DNA of 64,000 bases from Prochlorococcus sp. AG-679-M23 (lineage in GTDB: Bacteria > Cyanobacteriota > Cyanobacteriia > PCC-6307 > Cyanobiaceae), in contig QCUR01000001.1 in assembly GCA_003208875.1 (NCBI GenBank), forward strand, positions 256,001 to 320,000, written 5' to 3'. A program made the position numbers and the translations under genes. Below, one piece after another: positions 1 through 10,727 of the stretch (position 1 is its first letter; the number at the start of each line of letters is the position of its first letter). The notes under the pieces are model-generated. The model had not been told where the DNA came from. It did no database searches and saw only the letters and a list, made by a program, of their open reading frames with translations.

Positions 1-1
1 A

Positions 2-376
2 GTTGGCGGTATTATCGTTGTATTCTCTGTTGCAGCACTTGATGCAGCTGAAATTGACGATCCTGTTGGTGCATTCTCTGTTCACGGAGTTTGTGGTGTA
101 TGGGGTACCCTAGTTATTGGTCTTTGGGGAACTGCAGTTCAAGGAGATGGAGCAGGTATGGGATTGTTCAATGGTGGTGGTATTAATCTACTTCTTGTTC
201 AAGCTCTTGGTGCCGCAGCTTATGCTATCTGGACACTAGTTACTTGTTGGATCGCTTGGTCTATCATCGGAGGATTATTCGGAGGAATCCGTGTATCTGA
301 AGAAGAAGAGACTCAAGGTTTAGATATTTCAGAGCATGGTATGGAATCATATCCAGACTTTGCATCTGCTAAATAA
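2..376 (+). CDS. amt1: Ammonium transporter, 3' part (truncated by window start)
   Basis: Frame 2 is open from base 2 and reads VGGIIVVFSVAALDAAEIDDPVGAFSVHG...IRVSEEEETQGLDISEHG. Both are Amt family C-terminal motifs. Confidence 0.95.
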   Translation, partial: VGGIIVVFSVAALDAAEIDDPVGAFSVHGVCGVWGTLVIGLWGTAVQGDGAGMGLFNGGGINLLLVQALGAAAYAIWTLVTCWIAWSIIGGLFGGIRVSEEEETQGLDISEHGMESYPDFASAK

Positions 377-394
377 ACTAAATTTAAGTAAATT

Positions 395-429
395 AAAGAA
401 ATCTGACTTATGTCAGGTTTCTTTTTTTT
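395..429 (+). terminator. Intrinsic terminator after amt1
   Basis: Stem AAAGAAATCTGAC-ttat-GTCAGGTTTCTTT followed by a T-run. Confidence 0.8.
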
Positions 430-465
430 GCAATAAATTATTAAAAATGTTGTAATATCAAAAAT

Positions 466-1662
466 ATGGACACTCAAGCTTTTAGAAGATCTCTTCATCA
501 TTCGGACAGATATAACCGAAGAGGTTTTGACTCTCCTACTAAAAGAGCCCAAGCTTTAGAAGAAGCTTACCAAAGTGATTTAATCACCTCAATTAGAAAT
601 AATAGTTTTACATACAAAAAAGGGAGATTAAATATAAAATTAGCCCAGGCATTTGGTTTTTGTTGGGGAGTTGAAAGAGCTGTTGCAATGGCCTATGAAA
701 CTAGAAGACATTATCCTAATGAGAATATTTGGATAACAAACGAAATAATTCATAATCCCTCAGTTAATGATCATTTAAGAAAAATGAATGTTAAATTCAT
801 TTCAGCAAAAAATGGCATTAAGGATTTTTCTTTGGTTTCAGATGGAGATGTGGTTATCTTGCCAGCTTTTGGTGCTACTGTTCAAGAAATGAAACTTCTT
901 CATGAAAAAGGCTGTCATATTATTGATACAACGTGCCCTTGGGTTTCAAAGGTGTGGCATACGGTAGAAAAACATAAAAAACATACTTTTACATCTATTA
1001 TTCACGGCAAATTTAAGCATGAAGAAACTCTTGCTACTAGTTCATTTGCGGATAAATATCTTGTAGTACTTAATCTTGAGGAGGCAAATTATGTCTCAGA
1101 ATATATTCTTGGTAGAGGCAATAAAAATCATTTTCTTAATAAATTTGCTCAGGCTTTTTCTAATGGATTTGATCCAGATAAAGATTTAGATAGAGTTGGA
1201 GTTGCTAATCAAACAACGATGTTAAAAAGCGAAACAGAGGAGATAGGAAAAGTTTTTGAAAAAACAATGCTTTATAAATTTGGTCCAGAAAAGTTAAATA
1301 GTCACTTTTTAGCTTTCAATACTATTTGTGATGCTACAGAAGAAAGACAAGATGCGATGTTTTCATTGGTTGATGAAGATTTAGATATCCTTGTGGTAAT
1401 TGGTGGATACAATTCTTCAAATACAACTCACTTGCAAGAGATAGCTATAAATAAAAATATTTCTTCTTTTCATATTGATACACCTGAAAGGATTTCAGTT
1501 AAGGAAAATTCTATTCATCATAAACCACTTAAATCTGAAATGGTTTTGAAAAAGAATTTCATTCCTGAGGGAGAAATTAAAGTAGGTATTACTTCTGGAG
1601 CTTCTACTCCAGATAAGATAGTCGCTGATGTTATTGAAAAGTTAATTGCTATTACTAAGTAA
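466..1662 (+). CDS. ispH: 4-hydroxy-3-methylbut-2-enyl diphosphate reductase
   Basis: [39 protein letters not shown] and [10 protein letters not shown] motifs. Confidence 0.97.
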   Translation: MDTQAFRRSLHHSDRYNRRGFDSPTKRAQALEEAYQSDLITSIRNNSFTYKKGRLNIKLAQAFGFCWGVERAVAMAYETRRHYPNENIWITNEIIHNPSVNDHLRKMNVKFISAKNGIKDFSLVSDGDVVILPAFGATVQEMKLLHEKGCHIIDTTCPWVSKVWHTVEKHKKHTFTSIIHGKFKHEETLATSSFADKYLVVLNLEEANYVSEYILGRGNKNHFLNKFAQAFSNGFDPDKDLDRVGVANQTTMLKSETEEIGKVFEKTMLYKFGPEKLNSHFLAFNTICDATEERQDAMFSLVDEDLDILVVIGGYNSSNTTHLQEIAINKNISSFHIDTPERISVKENSIHHKPLKSEMVLKKNFIPEGEIKVGITSGASTPDKIVADVIEKLIAITK

Positions 1663-1757
1663 ATATTAATTTTTCTGCATAATTTTTAACTTTATTAAAT
1701 ACATATCACCAAAAGATCCTCGTTATTATCTAGAATAACCAAAAGTAATTTGGAAGT

Positions 1758-2318
1758 ATGGAAGACACAACACAATCTAATCGAGATCAAACAGCTAAAA
1801 TGAATGCTTCAAAGGCTCCTCAAAAGGTGGAAGTCGTTGTGGCTAATCCCTCTACGAATTCAGAGGTCAATATATTAGGTGAATTATCTATATTTATTTT
1901 AAGGATTGGTTTTAGTGTTTTGATGATTCATCATGGCTTGGAAAAGCTTCAAGATCCTCAAGGCTTTGGAGAATTTGTTGTAGGTAAATATTTCCCATTC
2001 TTGCCAGGAGATCCTGTCCTCTGGACGTATGGAGCTGCTATTACTCAATTAGTTTGCCCATTAGGATTAGCATTAGGAATTTTTGCAAGACTTAGCTCTC
2101 TAGGACTTTTCTCTACGATGGCATTTGCTGTTTATTTTCACCTTTTAGATACAGGTTTAGAGGGGTTTCCATTAGCAGTAGTTGAAGGTCATAATTATGC
2201 TTTTGAACTTTCATTCATATACGGAGCTATCTCTCTTTATTTCTTATGTGCAGGACCAGGAAGATTAGCACTTCTTCGTAAGACAAATAAAATCACTTAT
2301 TATCCAAAATCAAATTGA
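1758..2318 (+). CDS. DoxX-family membrane protein
   Basis: LRIGFSVLMIHHGLEKL, GIFARL and GPGR motifs, with about four hydrophobic segments. Confidence 0.8.
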   Translation: MEDTTQSNRDQTAKMNASKAPQKVEVVVANPSTNSEVNILGELSIFILRIGFSVLMIHHGLEKLQDPQGFGEFVVGKYFPFLPGDPVLWTYGAAITQLVCPLGLALGIFARLSSLGLFSTMAFAVYFHLLDTGLEGFPLAVVEGHNYAFELSFIYGAISLYFLCAGPGRLALLRKTNKITYYPKSN

Positions 2319-2319
2319 T

Positions 2320-3873
2320 TTAGTGCAGAAAATGCCTCTTCTTAGTAAATACCATAGAAATCCCTTTTAGATTACACATTTCAATACTTTCTTCATCCCT
2401 TATACTTCCCCCTGGTTGAATAATTGAACTTATTCCATATTCATTAGCAAGCTCTACTGTATCTGCAAATGGAAAGAAACCATCGCTTGCTAAAACGCCT
2501 CCGTAACCATTCTCTTTGGCAGCTTGCAAAGCTATTTTTGAAGCCCCAACCCTGTTCATTTGTCCAGCTCCTATGCCAAGAGTTTGTTGATCTTTTGCAA
2601 TCACAATGGCATTTGATTTAACGTGTTTGCAAATTTTCCAGGCAAAACTCAAATCTAAATAATCTTGAGTACTTGGAATTTTTTTAGTAACTGGAATCCA
2701 ACTTTCAGTTTTTTCTTCACTATTATCAGTATCTTGAACGAGTAATCCTCCCATTATTGATTTAGTAGAAGTTTGGTTCTTTTTTGGGATTTGATCTTTT
2801 GAAAATTTTAAAATTCTTAAATTCTTTTTGATTTTTAAAATTTCTAAAGCCTCTGCATCAAAAGAAGGAGCTACTACACATTCTAAGAAAATATCTTTGA
2901 GTTTAATTGCGGTTTCACTATCTACATTTGAATTAAAAGCAACTATTCCTCCAAATGCACTAACTGAGTCACATTTCAAAGCATTCAAAAATGCTTGAGA
3001 GGCTCGATTACTGATAGATGCGCCACAAGGATTATTGTGTTTTAAAATTACAGATGCAAACGTGTCTGTTGTAGGTTCATCTTTTTCTTCATAGCCAAAT
3101 TCTAAAACTGTTGAAAGTGCCGACTCAAGATCCAATAGATTGTTATAACTTAACTCTTTCCCTTGTAACTGTTCTGCTGAGTTCCATCCAATATTATTTA
3201 AACCATACCAAAAAGCTTTTTGATGAGGATTCTCCCCATATCTTAAGGTTTTGATTAGTGGATAAGATTCAATATATATGGAAGATTGTAAACCTCTTTC
3301 TTTTCTTATCCAATTAGATATCGCAGTGTCATAGTCAGCTGTATGTTGAAAAGCTTCAAGTGCTAATTTTGCTTTATATGTTTCTTTTAACTCCCCTTTT
3401 TTACTCTCTTCAAGAAATTCTTGATATTGACTAGGATCGACTAAAACTGAAACGTCTTTATGATTTTTAGCCGCAGAACGAATCATTGATGGTCCTCCGA
3501 TGTCAATATTTTCAATAGCATCTTCCCATTTAGATCCCTTCTCAACAGTTTTCTTAAAAGGATATAAATTGACAACTACTAATTCAATAAGTTCAAGATC
3601 GTAGGCTTCTATATCTTTTTTATGTTCCTCATCTGTTCTTTTAGCTAATATTCCTCCGTGAATTTTCGGATGTAAAGTTTTAACTCTTCCTCCAAGTATT
3701 TCTGGAGAATTAGTAAAATCTGCGACTTTAATAACTGGAATTTTTGCCTCCATTAGATGTTTAGCAGTGCCTCCACTTGATAGAATTTTATAATTAAATT
3801 TTTCTACCAATTCTTTACAAAATGGGATTATATTTTTTTTATCAGAGACACTTACAAGGGCTAATGGTGACAT
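2320..3873 (-). CDS. purH: Bifunctional AICAR formyltransferase/IMP cyclohydrolase
   Basis: ALVSVSDK, GGRVKTLHPKIHGGIL, IDIGGPSM, LRYGENPHQ, ASDGFFPF and C-terminal RHFLH. Confidence 0.98.
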   Translation of the reverse strand: MSPLALVSVSDKKNIIPFCKELVEKFNYKILSSGGTAKHLMEAKIPVIKVADFTNSPEILGGRVKTLHPKIHGGILAKRTDEEHKKDIEAYDLELIELVVVNLYPFKKTVEKGSKWEDAIENIDIGGPSMIRSAAKNHKDVSVLVDPSQYQEFLEESKKGELKETYKAKLALEAFQHTADYDTAISNWIRKERGLQSSIYIESYPLIKTLRYGENPHQKAFWYGLNNIGWNSAEQLQGKELSYNNLLDLESALSTVLEFGYEEKDEPTTDTFASVILKHNNPCGASISNRASQAFLNALKCDSVSAFGGIVAFNSNVDSETAIKLKDIFLECVVAPSFDAEALEILKIKKNLRILKFSKDQIPKKNQTSTKSIMGGLLVQDTDNSEEKTESWIPVTKKIPSTQDYLDLSFAWKICKHVKSNAIVIAKDQQTLGIGAGQMNRVGASKIALQAAKENGYGGVLASDGFFPFADTVELANEYGISSIIQPGGSIRDEESIEMCNLKGISMVFTKKRHFLH

Positions 3874-3906
3874 TATTGAAAAGTTTACTTACTTAAGAAT
3901 ATAAAC

Positions 3907-4524
3907 ATGAAATATGATATTGATCATGAATTTGTCGGGATTAGTTCTCAAACCGCAACTCATAGAATAATTTTGCTACATGGCTGGGGAGCCGATGCAG
4001 ATGACCTTTTAACACTTGGAAAGGAGATTATAGAAAAAATAAATCTTGATTTTGAGGTAATTTCTTTGAGGGCTTCTGGATTACATCCAAGTGGTCAGGG
4101 AAGACAGTGGTATCAACTATACCCTCATGATTGGGAGGGGGCTGAGGTTGAAGTAAATAAACTTTTAGGTACATTAAAAAAATTTGATAATGATCAGATT
4201 TCAATAGGAAAAACAATTTTGTTGGGTTTTTCTCAGGGTGCAGCTATGGCAATTGATGCAGGATCTAAATTAAAATTAGGTCTAATTGTTGCTTGTAGTG
4301 GTTATCCCCACCCAAACTGGGCTCCAGGAGAAAAATACCCACCATTAATTGTTAGTCATGGTTTGTTTGATGACGTGGTGCCTATAGATGCTTCAAGAAT
4401 TATTCATGAAACGGTAAAAAATAAGTCTTCTAAATTTTGCGAATTAATAGAATTTAATGGATCCCATCAAATTGATCCAAATTTAATTGATTTTATAAGT
4501 TCAAATATAAATAATATTTTTTAA
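3907..4524 (+). CDS. Alpha/beta hydrolase (phospholipase/carboxylesterase family)
   Basis: LLHGWG, GFSQG nucleophile elbow, HGLFDDVVP and a C-terminal His. Confidence 0.9.
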   Translation: MKYDIDHEFVGISSQTATHRIILLHGWGADADDLLTLGKEIIEKINLDFEVISLRASGLHPSGQGRQWYQLYPHDWEGAEVEVNKLLGTLKKFDNDQISIGKTILLGFSQGAAMAIDAGSKLKLGLIVACSGYPHPNWAPGEKYPPLIVSHGLFDDVVPIDASRIIHETVKNKSSKFCELIEFNGSHQIDPNLIDFISSNINNIF

Positions 4525-4889
4525 ACGAAAGCATATTCGTATTCTTCAATCTCTTCCCAATCATCTGCAGTAAGTTCTAGACCCTCAAATATTTTTTCTT
4601 CACCAATTCCCTCAACTACGACTTTTAGAGATGGAAATAGAAAATGATTTTCTTCAGCATATTGGGCGCTAAATAAACCTTTTTCACCCCAAAAAAACCT
4701 ATCAGTGGTATGTTCATTTCTTCGAACATTGAAAACTGAAGGGGCACACAAAGCATTTTCAGCTATAAATCTTCTTGCAGCTGTAACTGGTTTATGTTTG
4801 CCAGTTTCGATATGATAAATAGGTACATGTGCCATTACTCTTTGGCCAGCCAACCTTCTTCTGCTGATTCTTTTTCTCTTTTTTGACAT
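4521..4889 (-). CDS. Conserved cyanobacterial protein (DUF3155-like)
   Basis: Basic N-terminus, HKPVTAARRFI, RRNEHTTDRFFWGEKGLFSAQYAEENHFLFPSL and an acidic tail. Confidence 0.8.
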   Translation of the reverse strand: MSKKRKRISRRRLAGQRVMAHVPIYHIETGKHKPVTAARRFIAENALCAPSVFNVRRNEHTTDRFFWGEKGLFSAQYAEENHFLFPSLKVVVEGIGEEKIFEGLELTADDWEEIEEYEYAFV

Positions 4890-4979
4890 TGATTGGTACT
4901 CCTAGAATTATTAATGAGATTAGTCTTATTAATTGTTACTAATCTTATATCTGTGATTTTGAATTCACTTAAATTACAT

Positions 4980-5057
4980 AGAGGACCCATCAACCCCTGA
5001 TGTAGCTTAAAATATGATTAAATGTTCATATTTAAGGCTGGCTAAAGTCAGACCTCT
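4980..5057 (-). other. Candidate structured RNA element in the 5' region of the DUF3155 gene
   Basis: Closing stem AGAGG/CCTCT encloses hairpins CATCA/TGATG and AGCTTAAAATATGA/TCATATTTAAGGCT. It is GC-richer than its flanks. Confidence 0.4.
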
Positions 5058-5125
5058 TTATATATCTTAATACTTTTTTCATATTTTACAAGTCCTTTTT
5101 CAGATTTTTTTTAATTTCACTGATT

Positions 5126-6262
5126 ATGAAGCTCTCAAAAAAATTTGAAGAATTAATCATAAAACAGCTAGAGAGCTTTGGTTGCTCAATGGGAGTGACT
5201 CATTTGGTTATGTATCTTGCTTCAACGGAGCAAGGAACTAAAGCATCTTTTGAAATGATTGGTCAATGGCCACAAATTGATAGGCTTCTGATATCAGTAG
5301 AAGATGATCCTTCCCTAAAAGTTTCTTCTCCTAATAGAAGATGGTACCCGCTTCAAGAAAACGATATCCTACTTGGTGTTCTTAGGGTAGAAACTGATTT
5401 TAAAGAAGGGTATTGGCCAGGATCTCTTGACTCTAGATTAAAAGCACTTTCACTATCTTTAGCTAAATGCGTTTCTATCGAATTAGAACGTCAAAATAAA
5501 AATGAAGAAATTAATTATTTAAAAAATCAGGTCAATGTCATAATCCATCAATTGAGGAATCCATTGGCTGCTCTTAGGACATATGCAAAATTACTAATAA
5601 AAAGACTTGGTTCAGATGATGACTCTATTGAAATAGTCGAACGAATGATAACAGAGCAAAAACAAATTAATAATTATATGGACTCTTTTGCGCAATTAAA
5701 TTCAGCTATTCAACTTCCTCTAGAAATTGGAGAGGAAAGATTATTATTACCACCAAATTTAGATAACAAAAAGCTTATAACTGTTCAGAGTTTATTGAGG
5801 CCAATTTTGGAAAGGGGCCAAGCTAATGCGAAGTTAGAGAATAGAGATTGGACGGAACCTTCTCTTTGGCCAGATTGGACTTTAGCGCCATTAAAGGTTA
5901 AATATGCTGTAATTGCTGAAATTGTGGCTAATCTATTAGAAAATGCGTTTAAATACGCCCAAAAAGATGCTGAGATTGGACTCACCATTATGAGTAAAGG
6001 TCTGTGCATATTTGATGATGGTAAAAAAATAACCAAAATTGAAAATGAGAAAATTTTTCAAAAAGGCTTTCGAGGATCTGCGGCTAAGAAGAAGGATGGT
6101 ACTGGTGTTGGACTTTTTTTAGCGAGGAAATTAGCAAAACAAATTGGAGGAGAGTTAAGATTGCTTGAAAACTCCTCAATTAATGATGTAAAGGAATTAA
6201 AAAGTCTTAAGAAGAAGAATATTTTCTATTTAGAACTTCCTATAAAAGAATTGCATTCATAA
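5126..6262 (+). CDS. Sensor histidine kinase with GAF-like N-terminus (probable Hik2/CSK orthologue)
   Basis: H-box HQLRNPLAALRTYAKLL, N-box NLLENAFKY, F-box IFQKGFRG, G2 GTGVGL, and no transmembrane segment. Confidence 0.88.
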   Translation: MKLSKKFEELIIKQLESFGCSMGVTHLVMYLASTEQGTKASFEMIGQWPQIDRLLISVEDDPSLKVSSPNRRWYPLQENDILLGVLRVETDFKEGYWPGSLDSRLKALSLSLAKCVSIELERQNKNEEINYLKNQVNVIIHQLRNPLAALRTYAKLLIKRLGSDDDSIEIVERMITEQKQINNYMDSFAQLNSAIQLPLEIGEERLLLPPNLDNKKLITVQSLLRPILERGQANAKLENRDWTEPSLWPDWTLAPLKVKYAVIAEIVANLLENAFKYAQKDAEIGLTIMSKGLCIFDDGKKITKIENEKIFQKGFRGSAAKKKDGTGVGLFLARKLAKQIGGELRLLENSSINDVKELKSLKKKNIFYLELPIKELHS

Positions 6263-6980
6263 ATAACATTGTAGTTTCGACTAGTACAACACTCGCACCG
6301 CAGGCATCTCCATTGAAGCCTCCAATTTTATTCCCAAGTATGTTTGGAATAGAGTAACTAAAAAAAATACCAATTAAAATTAGAAATAAAAATTTAATTA
6401 ATATTGCTTGGGATGTAATTGAAACAAATTGGTATGCGATGAAAATTAATAGAAAAAAAATGGAAATCAAAGATTCTTTTTTAAATCCATTCCAAAACTT
6501 TTTGTGACTAATAGATTTTTTCTTGTAACTCATATATTTAAACTTTTCTATAAAAAATAAATTTGAAAATCTTCCCCAAAATAAGCATATTGGCAAAGCA
6601 ATAATTATTTGGTTTTGAATTTTGAGTATACAAGCAATCTGAATTAAAGTTATAAAAAATAAAGATTGGACGCCAAAGGATCCAACTTTACTGTCTTTCA
6701 TAGCTTTTAAACGTTTCTTTTTACCCGCAAAAATACCATCGAAAGTATCCATTAAACCATCGATGTGTAGACCTCCTGTAATTAAATATCCTGAAGCTAA
6801 ACAGATTAAAGTAGATGCATAAATAGACCAAGAGTTTACGCTTAAAAAAACAAAAATATAACTCTGTATTGTTCCAATAAAAAATCCCAAAGGCGGCGCA
6901 AATTGTGCAATATTTTTAAATTCGGGATTAATTAAAGGTATCTTTGGAAATGTCGTATAGAAAATCCAAGATCCGGCCAA
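6240..6980 (-). CDS. cobS: Adenosylcobinamide-GDP ribazoletransferase
   Basis: TGGLHIDGLMDTFDG, MKDSKVGSFG and GGFNGDACGA motifs in a hydrophobic protein. Confidence 0.93.
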   Translation of the reverse strand: MAGSWIFYTTFPKIPLINPEFKNIAQFAPPLGFFIGTIQSYIFVFLSVNSWSIYASTLICLASGYLITGGLHIDGLMDTFDGIFAGKKKRLKAMKDSKVGSFGVQSLFFITLIQIACILKIQNQIIIALPICLFWGRFSNLFFIEKFKYMSYKKKSISHKKFWNGFKKESLISIFFLLIFIAYQFVSITSQAILIKFLFLILIGIFFSYSIPNILGNKIGGFNGDACGASVVLVETTMLFMNAILL

Positions 6981-7078
6981 ATTTTTTATTAAATATTTTT
7001 TGATGAGATAAAAATAGATTCAATATTTAATAATAGGGTAGATTAATAAAAAAGGATCAAAACATTTTATAAATTATC

Positions 7079-8197
7079 GTGTTTGAATTTGAAATTAAAT
7101 CGAATTGTAGTAATACAGAGGCAAGAACTGGTATATTTTATACCCCAAATGGTCAGGTAAAAACTCCAAGATTTATGCCTGTGGGTACTTTGGCAACGGT
7201 TAAAGGAATCTCATCTAAGCAGTTAATCTCTACAGGATCAGAAATGATTCTTTCGAATACCTTCCATCTTCATCTGCAACCTGGAGAAAAACTAGTTAAA
7301 GAATCTGGTGGAATACATAAGTTTATGAATTGGAATAAGCCTATTCTTACTGATTCAGGTGGATATCAAGTTTTTAGTTTGGCCAAATTAAATAATATTT
7401 CTGATAAAGGTGTGGAATTTAAAAATCCAAGAGATGGTAGTCATGTATTTTTATCACCTGAAAAAGTAATGCAGATTCAAATGGATCTTGGTTCTGATGT
7501 TGCTATGGCTTTTGATCATTGTCCTCCGCACACAGCTAACGAAAATGATGTTGAGGACTCTTTACAAAGAACTCATTCATGGTTGCAAAAATGTGTTGAG
7601 ACTCATCAGAAATCAAATCAAGCATTATTTGGAATAGTTCAAGGTGGTAAGTATCCAAGATTAAGAGAACATAGCGCAAAATTTACAAGTTCTTTTGATC
7701 TCCCTGGGATAGCGGTTGGAGGTGTCAGTGTTGGAGAGGCAGTCGAAGAAATACATAGTGTAATTAATTACGTCCCAAAATTCTTACCAATAAATAAACC
7801 AAGATATTTAATGGGAATTGGCTCTCTAAGAGAAATTTCTTTAGCTGTTGCAAAAGGATTCGATATATTTGACTGTGTTTTGCCTACAAGACTGGGAAGA
7901 CATGGGACTGCATTTTTTAATGATGAAAGATTGAATTTGCGAAATGCTCGATTTAAAAATGATTTTTCTCCAATAGATAAAACTTGTAAATGTGAAACTT
8001 GTAAATCTTATTCTCGCGCATACTTGCATCATCTAGTTAGAAATGATGAAATATTAGGCCTAACGCTTATAAGCCTACATAATATTTCTCATCTAATACG
8101 ATTTACAAATGCAATTTCTAAAGCAATTAAAGATAATTGTTTTACAATAGATTTCGCTCCTTGGAAAAGATCCTCTATTGCTCACCATACATGGTAA
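7079..8197 (+). CDS. tgt: tRNA-guanine transglycosylase
   Basis: [29 protein letters not shown] and the Zn motif CKCETC...H. Confidence 0.97.
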   Translation: MFEFEIKSNCSNTEARTGIFYTPNGQVKTPRFMPVGTLATVKGISSKQLISTGSEMILSNTFHLHLQPGEKLVKESGGIHKFMNWNKPILTDSGGYQVFSLAKLNNISDKGVEFKNPRDGSHVFLSPEKVMQIQMDLGSDVAMAFDHCPPHTANENDVEDSLQRTHSWLQKCVETHQKSNQALFGIVQGGKYPRLREHSAKFTSSFDLPGIAVGGVSVGEAVEEIHSVINYVPKFLPINKPRYLMGIGSLREISLAVAKGFDIFDCVLPTRLGRHGTAFFNDERLNLRNARFKNDFSPIDKTCKCETCKSYSRAYLHHLVRNDEILGLTLISLHNISHLIRFTNAISKAIKDNCFTIDFAPWKRSSIAHHTW

Positions 8198-8230
8198 CGT
8201 CTTAAGATAATTAATTAATTTTTTAAGAAG

Positions 8231-8371
8231 GTGCTCACTCTATTAAATACATTCGCTGAATTGCCTGAGGCATATAAGGCTTTCGCTCCAACCGTTGACG
8301 TTCTTCCTTTAATACCTTTATTTTTCTTTTTATTAGTTTTTGTTTGGCAAGCTGCAGTAGGGTTTAAATAA
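8231..8371 (+). CDS. psbK: Photosystem II protein K
   Basis: Hand-translated from [49 protein letters not shown]. Confidence 0.96.
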   Translation: MLTLLNTFAELPEAYKAFAPTVDVLPLIPLFFFLLVFVWQAAVGFK

Positions 8372-8385
8372 AATCTATTTATGAT

Positions 8386-9390
8386 TCAGAAGGGTATTTC
8401 AAGGGATATTGCATCACCAGAGTTTTCTACTGCACATTCAATGAAATCTGCAATCTTTAACGCTCTTGAGGCTTGTTCTCCGTCCACTTCTGGTAACTCT
8501 TTACCTTGCACGCACTTAAGAAAATGTTCTAATTCTGCATATAAAGGTTCGATAGAGGTTGTGCTTACTTCTTCAACATAACCATCATTTCGATAAACTA
8601 ATTCTCCATGCTCTGCTGTATAGGATTCATGAGCTTTTCTATGTATTTGTAGAGAATGATTTAAGAAGTCTGTTTCAACTAGACCATTTTGGCAATGTGC
8701 GCTTAAATTCCTAATTTTTTTATGACTCATTTTGCTGGCAGTTAAGCTTGCAATAATATTATTCTTGAAAACCAAAGTAGCATTTACATAATCTATTAAG
8801 CCATCACTATTTCTTCCTCCGACGGCGGCTAATTTCTGTATCTTTGAATTAACTAATTCAAGCACTAGATCAATATCATGAATCATTAAATCCATAACTA
8901 CTGATACATCATTTGCTCTGTCAGCATGAGGACTGTGCCTTCTTGCTTCTAAAACAACAATATCTTCATTTTGAACTATTTTATTTAACTCTCTAAAAGC
9001 AGGGTTAAATCTTTCAATATGTCCAACTTGTAGAAGACAGTTACTAATTTTAGAGGCATTTATTAAAGATTTAGCCTCTAGCTCAGTAGCTGCAATAGGT
9101 TTTTCAATAAGAACATTAACACCTGCCTTAAGACAATCTAGGCCTACTTTGTGATGGAGAAGTGTAGGGACAGCAATACAAATTGCATCAACTTTAGATA
9201 TAAGATCATGATAATCTTTAAACCACTCACATTGAAATTGCTCTACTGCTAATTTACCTCTGCTTTCGTCTGGATCGGCAACTCCAACTAAATCTGCATC
9301 TCTTAGCAAACTAAGCACTCGAGCATGATGCCATCCCATATTTCCTATACCGATTACTCCAACCTTTACTGAGGATGAGGTTGGTTTCAT
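8386..9390 (-). CDS. Gfo/Idh/MocA family oxidoreductase
   Basis: VGVIGIGNMG Rossmann motif, EKPIA, VGHIERFNP and DLMIHDID. Confidence 0.92.
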   Translation of the reverse strand: MKPTSSSVKVGVIGIGNMGWHHARVLSLLRDADLVGVADPDESRGKLAVEQFQCEWFKDYHDLISKVDAICIAVPTLLHHKVGLDCLKAGVNVLIEKPIAATELEAKSLINASKISNCLLQVGHIERFNPAFRELNKIVQNEDIVVLEARRHSPHADRANDVSVVMDLMIHDIDLVLELVNSKIQKLAAVGGRNSDGLIDYVNATLVFKNNIIASLTASKMSHKKIRNLSAHCQNGLVETDFLNHSLQIHRKAHESYTAEHGELVYRNDGYVEEVSTTSIEPLYAELEHFLKCVQGKELPEVDGEQASRALKIADFIECAVENSGDAISLEIPF

Positions 9391-9440
9391 ATCTTATAGT
9401 CCATGTATATTAAGTTATTATCCTTCATTGGATGTCAATT

Positions 9441-10709
9441 TTAACTTTTTGGCAGAAATATTTTTACACGATCTATTTTGGGACCTGACATTGAAATTAT
9501 TTCAAATTTAATATTTTTAAATTCTAAACTATCTCCGATTTTTGGGACCATTTGAAATTTTTCAAGAAGAAATCCTGCGAGTGTATGATAATCAGCTCCT
9601 TCTGGAATAAAACATCCCAACTTTTTGTTGATTTCTATTATTTCTGCTTTACCAGCAATCGACCACTTCTTAGAGAAATTATCCAACATTTTCATATCAG
9701 AATATACTCTGCTATTTAGCATTTCTTCCCCAACAATTTCACCAGTAAGATCAGCTGCAGTGATAAGTCCCTCAGTCCCACCATGTTCATCAACAACCAG
9801 TAAAAATGGATTATAGTCTCTAACGATAGGTAATATTTCTGCTAATGAGCATGTCTCTATTACTTTTGTTACTGGCAAAAGGAAAGGTTCTAATAATGTA
9901 TTTGCTCCCATTTCGCTTTTAGAAATTGGTTTTGCTAAATAACGTAAATCTAAAACTCCTAAAACATCATCAAGAGACTCACCAATTACAAAAAAACGCG
10001 CATGCCTTGTTTTATCAACCTGTTTCATAAGTTCAGCAAAAGTAATATTTTTTGGCAAAGTTACCATTTCAGATCTTGGAATCATTACTTCTTTGACTTG
10101 AGTATCTTTTAAAGCAAAAACACCTTCTAAGATGTTTTTCTCATCAGGCTTTAATCCTGTGACATTATCTGTTTCTATTAATGTTTCTAATTCACCTGCC
10201 GATAATACTGAATTTAATGAATCCCATTTGTTGTTTAGATTAAATAATCTTAAACAAGCACTTGCAAAAAATTCAATTACAGAAACAATAGGTTGCATTC
10301 CTTTTCGAACTGCATCAAAAATTGTAGTTAATCTCAAAGCGGCTGACTCTGGATTATTAATTACTAATGCTTTAGGAATAAGACCTGATATAAGGGTGAC
10401 TATAAGTACAATAAATAAAAATAATAAGAGATCATATATTCGATTTGAAAATTTATTTATGTTCCAAAAATCATTAGCCAAACCTTTACTTAACCAACCA
10501 ACAGCTATAAGAGAAATTGTCACGCCAAATTGAGATGCTATTAAAGAAGATCTGAATCTTTTTTGAATTTTTAAAATTGAAAATGCTCCTTTTCTTTTCT
10601 CTTCTATCAGTCTTAAAACTTTACTTGGCCTTATTAATAAAAACGAAAGTTCACTAGCAGCAAAAAAAGCTGGAAATATCAAAAGTAAGAATAGTAAAGT
10701 TATTTTCAT
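9441..10709 (-). CDS. CNNM/CBS/CorC (hemolysin-family) protein
   Basis: FFAASE CNNM start, IPKAL, VMIPR, VVDEHGGTEG and TLAGFLL CorC domain. Confidence 0.9.
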   Translation of the reverse strand: MKITLLFLLLIFPAFFAASELSFLLIRPSKVLRLIEEKRKGAFSILKIQKRFRSSLIASQFGVTISLIAVGWLSKGLANDFWNINKFSNRIYDLLLFLFIVLIVTLISGLIPKALVINNPESAALRLTTIFDAVRKGMQPIVSVIEFFASACLRLFNLNNKWDSLNSVLSAGELETLIETDNVTGLKPDEKNILEGVFALKDTQVKEVMIPRSEMVTLPKNITFAELMKQVDKTRHARFFVIGESLDDVLGVLDLRYLAKPISKSEMGANTLLEPFLLPVTKVIETCSLAEILPIVRDYNPFLLVVDEHGGTEGLITAADLTGEIVGEEMLNSRVYSDMKMLDNFSKKWSIAGKAEIIEINKKLGCFIPEGADYHTLAGFLLEKFQMVPKIGDSLEFKNIKFEIISMSGPKIDRVKIFLPKS

Positions 10710-10727
10710 TCAATAACAAATTAGTGA

